Position numbers and translations under genes: made by a program. Positions 20,030-28,831 of a stretch of 64,000 nt of DNA are shown one piece after another. Positions within the stretch are counted from its first letter, which is position 1, and each line of letters opens with the position of its first letter. The stretch covers positions 45,674 to 109,673 of the forward strand of contig CBDBFU010000033.1 of assembly GCA_965205025.1 (NCBI GenBank). Direction: 5' to 3'. The stretch comes from Candidatus Poribacteria bacterium (GTDB taxonomy: Bacteria > Poribacteria > WGA-4E > WGA-3G). The notes under the pieces were generated by a model. That model saw nothing but the letters and a program-made list of their open reading frames with translations, was not told the DNA's origin and did not search any database.

Positions 20030-20291
20030 TCGTCATTGATACGTTTCCACCCCTTGGTAGGTTCGGTTTCTAACCGAACCTAAACCTCCACGTTGAGAAA
20101 GATCTATTTCACCGACATCTCGCGTTCAAGGCAATTCTAATAAATAAAACCCGTTAATCTGAGAAACCACCGTGCAGACAATAACCCCTCTTTGTACCAC
20201 AAACTTTTAGTTTGTGATCTTACTCCTTCCCCTACGCGTATTCGACATTGATTTGGTGGTTCAGACAATCTCCGGATTCCGATCCCCGATC

Positions 20292-20594
20292 TTCTCTTAT
20301 CCGTGTAATCCGTGATTCAGAAAAACCTCTCTTTGTACCACAAACTTTATGAAGATTAAGAAAATATTTCGGTAATTCTAATTTTCCCAAACCCGGTAGG
20401 TGCGGTTTCCTAACCGCACTGGATTTTTCTTTAACATTACCGAATTTAAAACTTAATCCTCATTTAGTTTGTGATCTTACTCCTTACCATATGCGGATTC
20501 TGCATTGATTTGATGGTTTAGACAACTCAAAACAAACCCAAAAATATGCTAATCCTACTAAATTGACCCATGCTGACAAATTATCTACGCACCC
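20292..20594 (+). repeat. ~300-bp composite intergenic block, directly repeated at 26831-27152
   Basis: Both copies have the same order: ATCCGTG repeats, REP with MITE B (20349-20463 / 26907-27020), then AGACAACTCAAAACAAACCCAAAAATAT...CTACGCACC. A partial copy lies at ~39495-39570. Confidence 0.85.
20349..20463. mobile_element. MITE family B in REP loop
   Basis: ATGAAGATTAAG...CTTAATCCTCAT inside CACAAACTTT|TTAGTTTGTG. The empty site is ~150 bp upstream (20195-20216). Confidence 0.75.
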
Positions 20595-20610
20595 CAGACC
20601 AACAAACACA

Positions 20611-20639
20611 TTGAATCTTCCACCAATAATTGCTATAAT
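20611..20639 (+). promoter_or_regulatory. Sigma70-type promoter of hsdM
   Basis: TTGAAT-N17-TATAAT with an extended TG. Confidence 0.6.
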
Positions 20640-20670
20640 TCCTAAACAATACCTTTTTAGGAGCATCTCA

Positions 20671-22293
20671 TTGCCAAAAAAGAATTCATCTACCGATACC
20701 TCCCAAATACAAATCCCCATTGACGAACCAGAACAAACACAATTAGACATCTCACAACTCGAACAGTGGTTATTACGCGCGGCAAACACCATCCGCGGGC
20801 AAGCCGACGCTCCCAAATTCAAGGACTTCATACTACCCCTCATCTTCTACAAAAGACTCTCAGATGTTTTTGATGATGAATTCGAAAAACAGATAGAAGT
20901 ATTCGGAGACGAAGACGCAGCACGTGAAATCATCGAAGCGGATCATGAAGCTGCTCTCAAAGATGATCGTTCCCCCATAGTACGATTCTACATACCACAA
21001 TTATACAGTTGGGACAAAATACGCAACCATGGTGCCGATGGACATCTCGGAGAATTCGTCACTGAAGCGATGCGAAATGTCGCAAAACTCAACCCACCCC
21101 TGCAAGGTGTACTCAACGTTCAAGATTTCAACGAAACACAAAGCGGACAACGAACTCTGGATGACGAACGCCTCGAAGCATTAATTGAGGTCTTGAGTGA
21201 ACATAGACTCGGTTTACAAGACACAGAACCGGATATCCTCGGACGTGCTTATGAATACCTCCTACGGAAATTCGCTGAAGGTCAAGGACAGAGTGCAGGC
21301 GAATTCTATACACCCAAAGAGGTAGGGGAATTAATGGCACGACTCATTGATCCCATGCCAATGACAAAAATATATGATCCAGCATGCGGTTCGGGAGGAC
21401 TGCTTATAAAAGGTATGTTACAATACCTCGAAACACATCCTGATGATAAGAGTCAAGCACCCCATATCTTCGGTCAAGAATTAACACCGACCACCTATGC
21501 AATGGCAAAAATGAATGCATTTCTCCACGATTTTATTGATTCCGATATACAAATAGGGGATACCTTCCGTAATCCACGGTTTGTAACAGATAACACAAAA
21601 CTACAACAGTTCGATTATATTGTTGCTAATCCAATGTGGAATCAGAAGGAGTACAATGATGACTTCTATTCAAACGACAATTGGCAACGGTTCACCTACG
21701 GTAAACCACCCAGTTCTTCTGCAGATTGGGGATGGGTACAACACATGTATGCATCCCTAAATTCGGATGGACAGGCAGCAATTGTATTGGATACAGGGGC
21801 AGTTTCACGCGGAGCTGGGAGTAAACATTCAGATAAAGAACGTGACATCCGCAAACAATTTGTTGAAAAGGATCTGATTGAAACAGTCATCCTATTACCT
21901 GAAAACCTATTTTACAATACCACTGCACCCGGTATTATCCTATTACTTAACTGCAAGAAACCAGAAGATAGAAAAGGTAAGATTCTGCTAATAAATCTCT
22001 CACTACACTTTGAAAAACAGAAACCCAAAAATGTCCTAACAGATGAAGGAATTAAAATATGTAAGGAAGTTTACGATGCATGGGAATCACGAGAGAAATT
22101 AAGCAATGTCATTACCTTAGAGGACGCACAAAAGACAGATTATAATTTGAGTCCATCCCAGTTTGTTGATGTTGGGGATACCATCGAACACCGTCCAATG
22201 AATGAAATTCTTGCAGACCTTTCAGAAGCACGTATCGCACGTGAAAAAGCAGATAATGTCTTAGAAGATGTATTAAGCCAACTTAAACTGTAA
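20671..22293 (+). CDS. hsdM: Type I restriction-modification methyltransferase subunit
   Basis: LIFYKRLSD, DILGRAYEYLLRKFAE, AGEFYTP, DPACGSGG, motif IV ANPMW and LFYNT. TTG start at 20671 follows AGGAG. Confidence 0.93.
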   Translation: MPKKNSSTDTSQIQIPIDEPEQTQLDISQLEQWLLRAANTIRGQADAPKFKDFILPLIFYKRLSDVFDDEFEKQIEVFGDEDAAREIIEADHEAALKDDRSPIVRFYIPQLYSWDKIRNHGADGHLGEFVTEAMRNVAKLNPPLQGVLNVQDFNETQSGQRTLDDERLEALIEVLSEHRLGLQDTEPDILGRAYEYLLRKFAEGQGQSAGEFYTPKEVGELMARLIDPMPMTKIYDPACGSGGLLIKGMLQYLETHPDDKSQAPHIFGQELTPTTYAMAKMNAFLHDFIDSDIQIGDTFRNPRFVTDNTKLQQFDYIVANPMWNQKEYNDDFYSNDNWQRFTYGKPPSSSADWGWVQHMYASLNSDGQAAIVLDTGAVSRGAGSKHSDKERDIRKQFVEKDLIETVILLPENLFYNTTAPGIILLLNCKKPEDRKGKILLINLSLHFEKQKPKNVLTDEGIKICKEVYDAWESREKLSNVITLEDAQKTDYNLSPSQFVDVGDTIEHRPMNEILADLSEARIAREKADNVLEDVLSQLKL

Positions 22294-22507
22294 GGTTTAT
22301 AGACGTTTCACATCTTCTCTTCTGTGTGCGGGATTCCAATCCCAGATTCTTACATTCTGTAGGAGAGGATTCCGATCCCCGATCTTCTCTTATCCGTGAA
22401 ATCCGTGAAATCCGCGTAATCCGTGATTCAGACAATCCCGGATTCCTATCCCTGACTCTTCTGTAGGAGGGAACTCCCATTCCCGATCTTTTCCACCCCT
22501 TGGTAGG

Positions 22508-22612
22508 CGGGAATGCTATATAGCATTCATACCCGGGGAATGACTAAATGTCATTCATACCCGGGGAATGCTAAATAGCATTCATACCGTTGATTCCTTG
22601 ATTCCTTGATTC
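22508..22612. repeat. Triple-nested element C hairpin (CGGGGAATGC-loop-GCATTCATACCGTTGATT)
   Basis: Three hairpin heads are followed by three TTGATT tails. Other copies lie at ~6575, 13203, 23862, 24036, 24250, 27408, 35493 and 39415. Confidence 0.8.
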
Positions 22613-22747
22613 CTCAGTTTGTTGGATGTGGTGTTGATTCATAGGAGTTGCATGTATCGCTGATATGTGGTAGTGGTGGATATAATAAAGCATACCTCTA
22701 CTCAAAGAGTTATGACTTGAGGTATGCAACGTAGATTGAAGATAAAT

Positions 22748-22960
22748 CTATTTTTTTGGATTGTCTGACTGTGGCTTAGACGAATCAGGCATAGGCTTAG
22801 ATGATTCCGGCTGAGGATTGTTTTGTGGTGGTTTAGGTCTATGAACAGGTCTAATCGCAGGGGGAATATTTGGTACTGTCCACGACTGCCGTTCAGACCT
22901 ATTAGGGGGTATGGCTTTCTGGGGTTTGTTGTTCTGGGTTTGCTTTTTTTTCTTTGACAT
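22748..22960 (-). CDS. Small Pro/Lys-rich peptide
   Basis: ATG 22960 has a GGAGG RBS inside the upstream gene end. Sequence MSKKKK...RPVHRPKPPQNNPQP. Confidence 0.5.
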   Translation of the reverse strand: MSKKKKQTQNNKPQKAIPPNRSERQSWTVPNIPPAIRPVHRPKPPQNNPQPESSKPMPDSSKPQSDNPKK

Positions 22961-22964
22961 TGTA

Positions 22965-23447
22965 TTAACCTCCATTCATTTTTATAGCGCCAAATCCTAA
23001 AAATAATAAAAATATAAGTATACCGAATATAAATAAACTTATGGCAGAAATACTTAGGAAATTTCCTATTCTACCTGACGTACTCACATAAAATCGCGCT
23101 TCCTCTACATTATTTAGGTAAAAGTCTTCATTGAATTCGCTTTGTTTCCGCAAATTTTTTCTAACAAATACATAAGCACTCATATTACTAACAATAGATA
23201 AAATAAATGGGGCATAACTGAAGATCAATACCCAATGATTAACACCATTCCAGTTTACATAGGCGGTCATTAATACCAATAAACCTCCGGAAAAATATCT
23301 CATAGTTTTATTAAACTCTACGTCATTGCTTAATAGGCTATCAAATATTTTTCTTTCTTCGGCAAGGTATAAGGCATATATCTCTTTTTGTATTTCCTCT
23401 GTATCTCGTGTTTCTTCTGTATCTTGTGTTTCTTCAGTTTTTAGCAT
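22965..23447 (-). CDS. Membrane protein (3 TM), hypothetical
   Basis: GGGAG RBS. Two TMs, a charged loop and a third TM. Confidence 0.7.
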   Translation of the reverse strand: MLKTEETQDTEETRDTEEIQKEIYALYLAEERKIFDSLLSNDVEFNKTMRYFSGGLLVLMTAYVNWNGVNHWVLIFSYAPFILSIVSNMSAYVFVRKNLRKQSEFNEDFYLNNVEEARFYVSTSGRIGNFLSISAISLFIFGILIFLLFLGFGAIKMNGG

Positions 23448-23937
23448 AGCAGTAACACTCCCGCATTATATTATCATACATCTATTCAATAGTCAATTTC
23501 TTTCATAAAGGGGGTGTGTAAAGTTTTTGTCACCATAGGTGTTAATTTACTCATTAGACTCTTCTGTAGAAGGGAACTCCGATTCCCGATTCTTACATTC
23601 TGTAGGATGTGATTCCGATCCCCGATCTTCTCTTATCCGCGTAATCGCGCAATCCGCGCAATCCGTGAAATCAGTGGTTCAGACAATCCCCGAATTCCGA
23701 TTCCAGTTCCTTCAAGATCCTGTCTCTACCCCATGGTAGGTTCGGTCTCCACCCCATGGTAGGTTCGGTTTCTAACCGAACCGAAGTAACACCATTTTCA
23801 ATTGATAGAATTACATTATGACTTACATGATACAAGGCTTATGATATGCATATTATGAGTCCCGGTGAATGCCTAAATGGCATTCATACCCGGGGAACGC
23901 CAAAAAGGCGTTCATACCGTTGATTCCTTGATTTGGT

Positions 23938-24450
23938 AGGGACGATATGTCTATAGAAAACCTGTTTCTATACTATCTTGAGTCCCATAGGGACGGAATG
24001 TCTATAGCAAAAGTGTATATCCCTGTAATTGAGTCCCGGGGAATGCCCGGTGAATGACTAAATGTCATTCATACCGTTGTTTCTTGATTCCTTGATTTGG
24101 TAGGGACGAAATGATTATAACTAAGGTGAATATCCCTAAAATAGAGTCCCGTAGGGACGGAATGTTTATAGAAAACGTGCTTTTTCTCTATCTTGAGTCC
24201 CGTAGGGACGGAATGTCTATAGAAGTCGTTATCACCAATATCCTAAGCCCCGGGGAATGCTAAATAGCATTCATACCCGGGGAACGCCAAAAAGGCGTTC
24301 ATACCGTTGATTCCTTGATTCCTTGATTTGGTAGGGGCGAAATGTGTGTAGAAAGGTCATTCCTCCCCAAAGGTCAAGCCCCAGCGGGGCGAAAGGTGTG
24401 TAGAAAACGTTGCAGCCTCATCACTAAGCCCCAGCGGGGCGAAAGGTGTA
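23938..24450 (+). repeat. Tandem GAGTCCCGTAGGGACGGAATGTCTATAG and AGCCCCAGCGGGGCGAAAGGTG REP units interrupted by element C
   Basis: About 50-nt periodicity with variable linkers. Confidence 0.8.
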
Positions 24451-24507
24451 TCCCTAAATTAACACCTATGGCTACAATCATTTACGCACCCTTAGCTTCC
24501 CGTAATC

Positions 24508-24536
24508 TTGAATATACTGCAATTAGATGCTATAAT
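24508..24536 (+). promoter_or_regulatory. Sigma70-type promoter (duplicated at 27171-27199)
   Basis: TTGAAT-N17-TATAAT with an extended TG. The copy TTGATT-N17-TATAAT sits in a ~90-bp direct repeat. Confidence 0.6.
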
Positions 24537-24614
24537 GATAATCACAATTTATCAAAAGACTACTTGTAGATATTAACTCACACCCAACAAACACCTGATA
24601 GGAGATGAAAATCC

Positions 24615-26408
24615 ATGAAAATACTCGCTTATGCACTCGGTGCTTACAATATTGTAGGAACTGGATTTTCTATTATTGGTGGTATCAACCACGCCATCAA
24701 ACATTTTTGCAAAACTACAGCAGAAGAACTTTTCAAAAAATCTTTTGATAAGGTAGTTAAGCAACATGCATCTGACTTTGCTGATCTTACTGATCCGAAA
24801 ACCGTTAAAATTGATCCCCATACATTTGATAACGTTATTGCTTCACTCAAAGATGAGGACAAAAACCAATTCGCACAATTATTTGAAAGTGAGAAAATCG
24901 CAAAAATCACAACACTTTTTCGGAAATGTATTATCATCCCCAACCATCAATTGCCTAATATGGATTTAGATCAAAGAATTCGTCCCATTATTGAAAAGGT
25001 GATTATTGATTTTTATTCACAACTTCCATTTAAACAGGAAGCATTCAATCAAAGTATCCTTGAATTTATCCAAAATAACACGACTGATCAAACAGACACA
25101 GATTCTATACTAATGGAATTTAAGAATGAAATTGAACAAGTAGAGAAAGAAGTTAGTCTACGTATAACACAGGATATCCAAGCCTTTAAGGATTACACTG
25201 AAGATATTAATAACGAAATTAAAGGACTTAAGCAAACGACCGATAGGAATAGGTTAGATACATGGGAATCTCTCATAGGTAAGACTGAATTTGAGGATAG
25301 AAGTCGTATTGGAAATTTTGATGCAGACCAACTATTAGAAATCGCAAAACAGGCAAATTGGAAGATTTCTGAACCTTACAACAGTTATGTGCTTGCTTTA
25401 GGTGAAGAGCGAATGAATTTACAATCAGCATTAGACGTGTGCGTTGACTTTCTCTACACACTTTGGGATGAACCAATTTCTTTCAGACAAAAAGAATTCT
25501 TGACATTGGGTTTATTAACCGGATTTACTAAAGGCCGAGATGCTGACAAAGTATTAGACAAACTTATATATCTAATTCAAAATAAACATACACATTTTTT
25601 ACCTGTTGAAAACAGTATTCTCAGACAAATCCGTAATTTTCAACAGATCTATCCACTTGAAGAAAACTTTATGTTTTTAGAAGAACATGATATTCGTCTT
25701 AAAGGAACGCGTGTAGGAATTGAAACTATACTAACCGAATATATAGATAATAGTAGACCACCAGAAAAAATCGCTTATCATTACTATTCACCTACACTTG
25801 AACAGATTTACGCTACAATCCTATATTATCTTCAAAATCAAGAAAAAGTTACTACATATATGAAGGATTATCTTACATATTGCAAAACAGCACGTGAGGA
25901 ATACGAGAAGAATCTACCCCCGGTTGTTGTTCGCTTGCGTAAACTCATTGCAGAAAAGGAAGCAAATTCTGATATACCCGAGCCAACAATCGAAAAAACA
26001 ACACAGCAAGTACAAACCCAATCCCCAACCAATAATGAACGGGGGATAAAGATGCGTCGGTTTCTCATAGATGAAAATATTTCTCCCGAGTATGGTATGC
26101 AATTGCTTTACCATGAACCATTACTAAGGGTCTTGGCGATTGGCGATGAAGGTGCTCCTCCGAAAAGTACACCAGACCCAGAAATCTTAGTCTGGTGTGA
26201 ACAGAACCAATTTAACTTGATAACAAACAATCGGGAAAGTATGCCGCAACATCTCGCTGACCATCTGGCAGCAGGACACCATGTACCCGGCATTTTCACA
26301 ATTAATCTCACAGTACCTATGGGAAGAATCATCAATGAATTACTTCTCATCGCTGGTGCCTCTGACGAAGAAGAATATATGGACAAAATTACTTACATCC
26401 CACTTTAA
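24615..26408 (+). CDS. Fusion: unknown helical N-terminus + DUF433 antitoxin-like domain + DUF5615 PIN-like domain
   Basis: IRLKGTRVGIETIL...TLEQIYATILYY is DUF433-like. MRRFLIDENIS...TPDPEILVWC...LITNNR...HVPGIF is DUF5615/VapC45-like. All lie in one frame. Confidence 0.75.
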   Translation: MKILAYALGAYNIVGTGFSIIGGINHAIKHFCKTTAEELFKKSFDKVVKQHASDFADLTDPKTVKIDPHTFDNVIASLKDEDKNQFAQLFESEKIAKITTLFRKCIIIPNHQLPNMDLDQRIRPIIEKVIIDFYSQLPFKQEAFNQSILEFIQNNTTDQTDTDSILMEFKNEIEQVEKEVSLRITQDIQAFKDYTEDINNEIKGLKQTTDRNRLDTWESLIGKTEFEDRSRIGNFDADQLLEIAKQANWKISEPYNSYVLALGEERMNLQSALDVCVDFLYTLWDEPISFRQKEFLTLGLLTGFTKGRDADKVLDKLIYLIQNKHTHFLPVENSILRQIRNFQQIYPLEENFMFLEEHDIRLKGTRVGIETILTEYIDNSRPPEKIAYHYYSPTLEQIYATILYYLQNQEKVTTYMKDYLTYCKTAREEYEKNLPPVVVRLRKLIAEKEANSDIPEPTIEKTTQQVQTQSPTNNERGIKMRRFLIDENISPEYGMQLLYHEPLLRVLAIGDEGAPPKSTPDPEILVWCEQNQFNLITNNRESMPQHLADHLAAGHHVPGIFTINLTVPMGRIINELLLIAGASDEEEYMDKITYIPL

Positions 26409-26438
26409 CTACTGGAAACTAAATACTTCTCTTATCGT

Positions 26439-26467
26439 TTGACAATCCATATAGTGTGTGTTAATCT
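26439..26467 (+). promoter_or_regulatory. Possible sigma70 promoter
   Basis: TTGACA-N17-TAATCT with TG upstream of the -10. Confidence 0.4.
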
Positions 26468-26482
26468 ATTGATATTATCAGA

Positions 26483-26716
26483 ATGATGGCAGAAGGTATT
26501 GACTTCATCATGTTATTGTCAGATTGGTTACTTGAGAGACGAGAAAAACGTATTCAGGCAGCGAGAGAAGAAGGATATGCAGAAGGATATGCAGAAGGAT
26601 ATGCCGAAAGTTATGCTGTTGCGAAAGCCGAAAACAGCGATACAGTTGAGAAATCACCAGATCCTCCATCAAAGTCTTCAAATTCTTCATCAATACCCAC
26701 AAAAAATCCTAAATAA
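26483..26716 (+). CDS. Small protein with EGYAEG repeats (Rpn/Yae1 C-terminal-like)
   Basis: REEGYAEGYAEGYAES is encoded by a 12-bp tandem repeat (AGAAGGATATGC). The start may be 26510. Confidence 0.55.
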   Translation: MMAEGIDFIMLLSDWLLERREKRIQAAREEGYAEGYAEGYAESYAVAKAENSDTVEKSPDPPSKSSNSSSIPTKNPK

Positions 26717-26906
26717 CCCAAGTTGCTACTAACGGATTTTGATCGTTTCAACACAGCTTTTCAGACGCTAACCTCACCCCAGAGGGGTGATATCTCTATA
26801 GAAAAAGATATATCAACATCCTGTCCCGAACTTCTCTTATCCGTGAAATCCGTGAAATCCGCGTAATCCGTGATTCAGAAAAACCCCTCTTTGTACCACA
26901 AACTTT

Positions 26907-27020
26907 ATGAAGATTAAGAAAATATTTCGGTAATTCTAATTTTCCCAAACCCGGTAGGTGCGGTTTCCTAACCGCACTGTATCTTTTTCAAAATTACAGA
27001 ATTAAAAAATTAATCTTCAT
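26907..27020. mobile_element. MITE family B in REP loop
   Basis: ATGAAGATTAAG...TTAATCTTCAT in CACAAACTTT|TTAGTTTGTG. Confidence 0.75.
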
Positions 27021-27240
27021 TTAGTTTGTGATCTTACTCCTTACAATACGCGGATTCGGCATTGATTTGGTGATTCAGACAACTCAAAACAAACCCAAAA
27101 ATATACTAATCCTACTAAATTGACGCCTACGATGACAAATTATCTACGCACCATTTAGCTTCCCGAAATCTTGATTATACAGCAAATATAGGCTATAATG
27201 ATAATCACAATTTATCAAAGATTATTTGTAGAAATTATCT

Positions 27241-27357
27241 TATACCATTACTGATAATTAAAGTCTCTTTAATGTAGCATAAACTTCCAGTTTGTGCGGT
27301 ATTTCAAAACGTACACAACAACTGTTTATGGAAAAAACGTTTACAGAAATGGTATTA
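27241..27357. mobile_element. MITE family A
   Basis: TATACCATT...AAATGGTATTA with an internal REP. A direct-repeat copy lies at ~28372-28485. Confidence 0.7.
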
Positions 27358-27661
27358 TATTCTGTAGGAGGAGATTCCGATCCCCGATCTTTCCCACCAC
27401 TTGGTAGGCGGGGAATGCTATATAGCATTCATACCGTTGATTCCTCGGTTTCTAACCGAACCGAAGTGTCAATTTCAGCATTAGACTATATGGGATGGAA
27501 CTCCGATCCCCGATCCTCACTATTGTAAAATATATGAAGTCCCATAGGGACGGAATGTTTATAGACTATGTGTATAACCAATTTCCAAAACTGTGACGAA
27601 TTCACCAGGAATCCGTCTGGGAAACACACCTACCGTGGTTGTGTAATCAGACTTTATTGAA

Positions 27662-27883
27662 TAGGACTTACGCATTTCCTGTTTGTCTGTAGCCCCAGCG
27701 GGGCGAAAGGTGTGTAGAAAACGTATTGACCCTAAACACTAAGCCCCAGCGGGGCGAAAGGTGTATATTTATATGGATTTTAGTATCACTCTTTCTACTG
27801 ACAACGGGATTGTAGTGTAATATATGTGAGTAACAATTTTAAAACTAATCTGCCTGATAACTCATTATTTTGCGTAAGTCTTG
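27662..27883. mobile_element. MITE family E, 222 bp
   Basis: TIR TAGGACTTACGCA / TGCGTAAGTCTTG with a 5-bp direct repeat TTGAA. It carries two AGCCCCAGCGGGGCG REP units. Confidence 0.75.
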
Positions 27884-27928
27884 TTGAATTATAACTTCAT
27901 TTTCTTTCATCATACTCACGTTAATTAA

Positions 27929-28318
27929 ATGGTAATTGATATGTCAATATGGTTTTCTGACAATGAAAGAAAGCGATTGAAGGATAAGATTGAATATCAA
28001 AAACGTGAAGATGAAGCAATATTTCCATTAGCATATCTTGTAGTAAATGACTTTGTTGATGAACATGGTACTGCTAATCTTATGGGAATGACAGATGATC
28101 AATTGTTGGAGGAAGTTAAAGAATTCGGAGCAAACAAAGCACTTGATATAGCAGCACAACAAGCTGGAAAAGATATTTTAGAATTCGTCACAAGTATTCA
28201 GCATAATAAAAGAGACAACCAGATAGCATGTAGGATCTCTGATATGTTAGTTCAGGATGATTTTGCTGCCCAAGTCGTCAAATTAGTTAAAACACATATC
28301 TACGCAGATATACAATAA
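27929..28318 (+). CDS. Hypothetical helical protein
   Basis: 129-aa ORF with protein-like composition, lying between directly repeated blocks. Confidence 0.6.
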   Translation: MVIDMSIWFSDNERKRLKDKIEYQKREDEAIFPLAYLVVNDFVDEHGTANLMGMTDDQLLEEVKEFGANKALDIAAQQAGKDILEFVTSIQHNKRDNQIACRISDMLVQDDFAAQVVKLVKTHIYADIQ

Positions 28319-28639
28319 TTATCATCGAAATTTGTACTCTGTGAATTATAGTAAACACTTATACTGTGGAATAATCAAATTCTGATAATTAATGTCTCTT
28401 TAATGTAGCATAAACTTCCAGTTTGTGCGTATTTCAAGACATGCAAAAAACTGTTCATGGGAAGACATTTATAGAAATGGTATTATATTCTGTAGGAGGA
28501 GATTCCGATCCCCGATCTTTACTATTGTAAAAATATATGAAGTCCCGGGGAATTCCTAATGAAGATTAAGTAATACCATTTTCAATTGATAGATTTACAT
28601 TATGACTTACCTGATACAAGGATCACCATATACATTTCT

Positions 28640-28772
28640 GAGTCCCATAGGGACGGAATGTCTATAGCAAAAAGGGGGTTGCTTCACATTCTTGAGTCCC
28701 GTAGGGACGGAATGTCTATAGAAAAGGTGTATATGTCAATAAATGAGTCCCGTAGGGACGGAATGTCTATAA
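28640..28772 (+). repeat. Three tandem GAGTCCC(G/A)TAGGGACGGAATGTCTATA units
   Basis: Units start at 28640, 28694 and 28745, with 23-26 nt variable linkers. Confidence 0.85.
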
Positions 28773-28831
28773 TACAAAATCCAAAATCCGTGAAAACAAC
28801 AAGAATAATTAGTTAACTGGCACAAGTCATC

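Noticed and set aside
22620-22750. Integron attC site after the antisense cargo genes
   Set aside because: No RYYYAAC...GTTRRRY box pairing and no integrase. The hairpin fits a terminator.
28640-28772. CRISPR-like array (28-nt repeat, 23-26 nt spacers); similar runs at 13475-13553 and 23938-24230
   Set aside because: There are only 2-4 units, the linkers resemble each other (GTGTATAT), and the same repeat is dispersed in both orientations. No cas genes are present. This fits REP tandem units.
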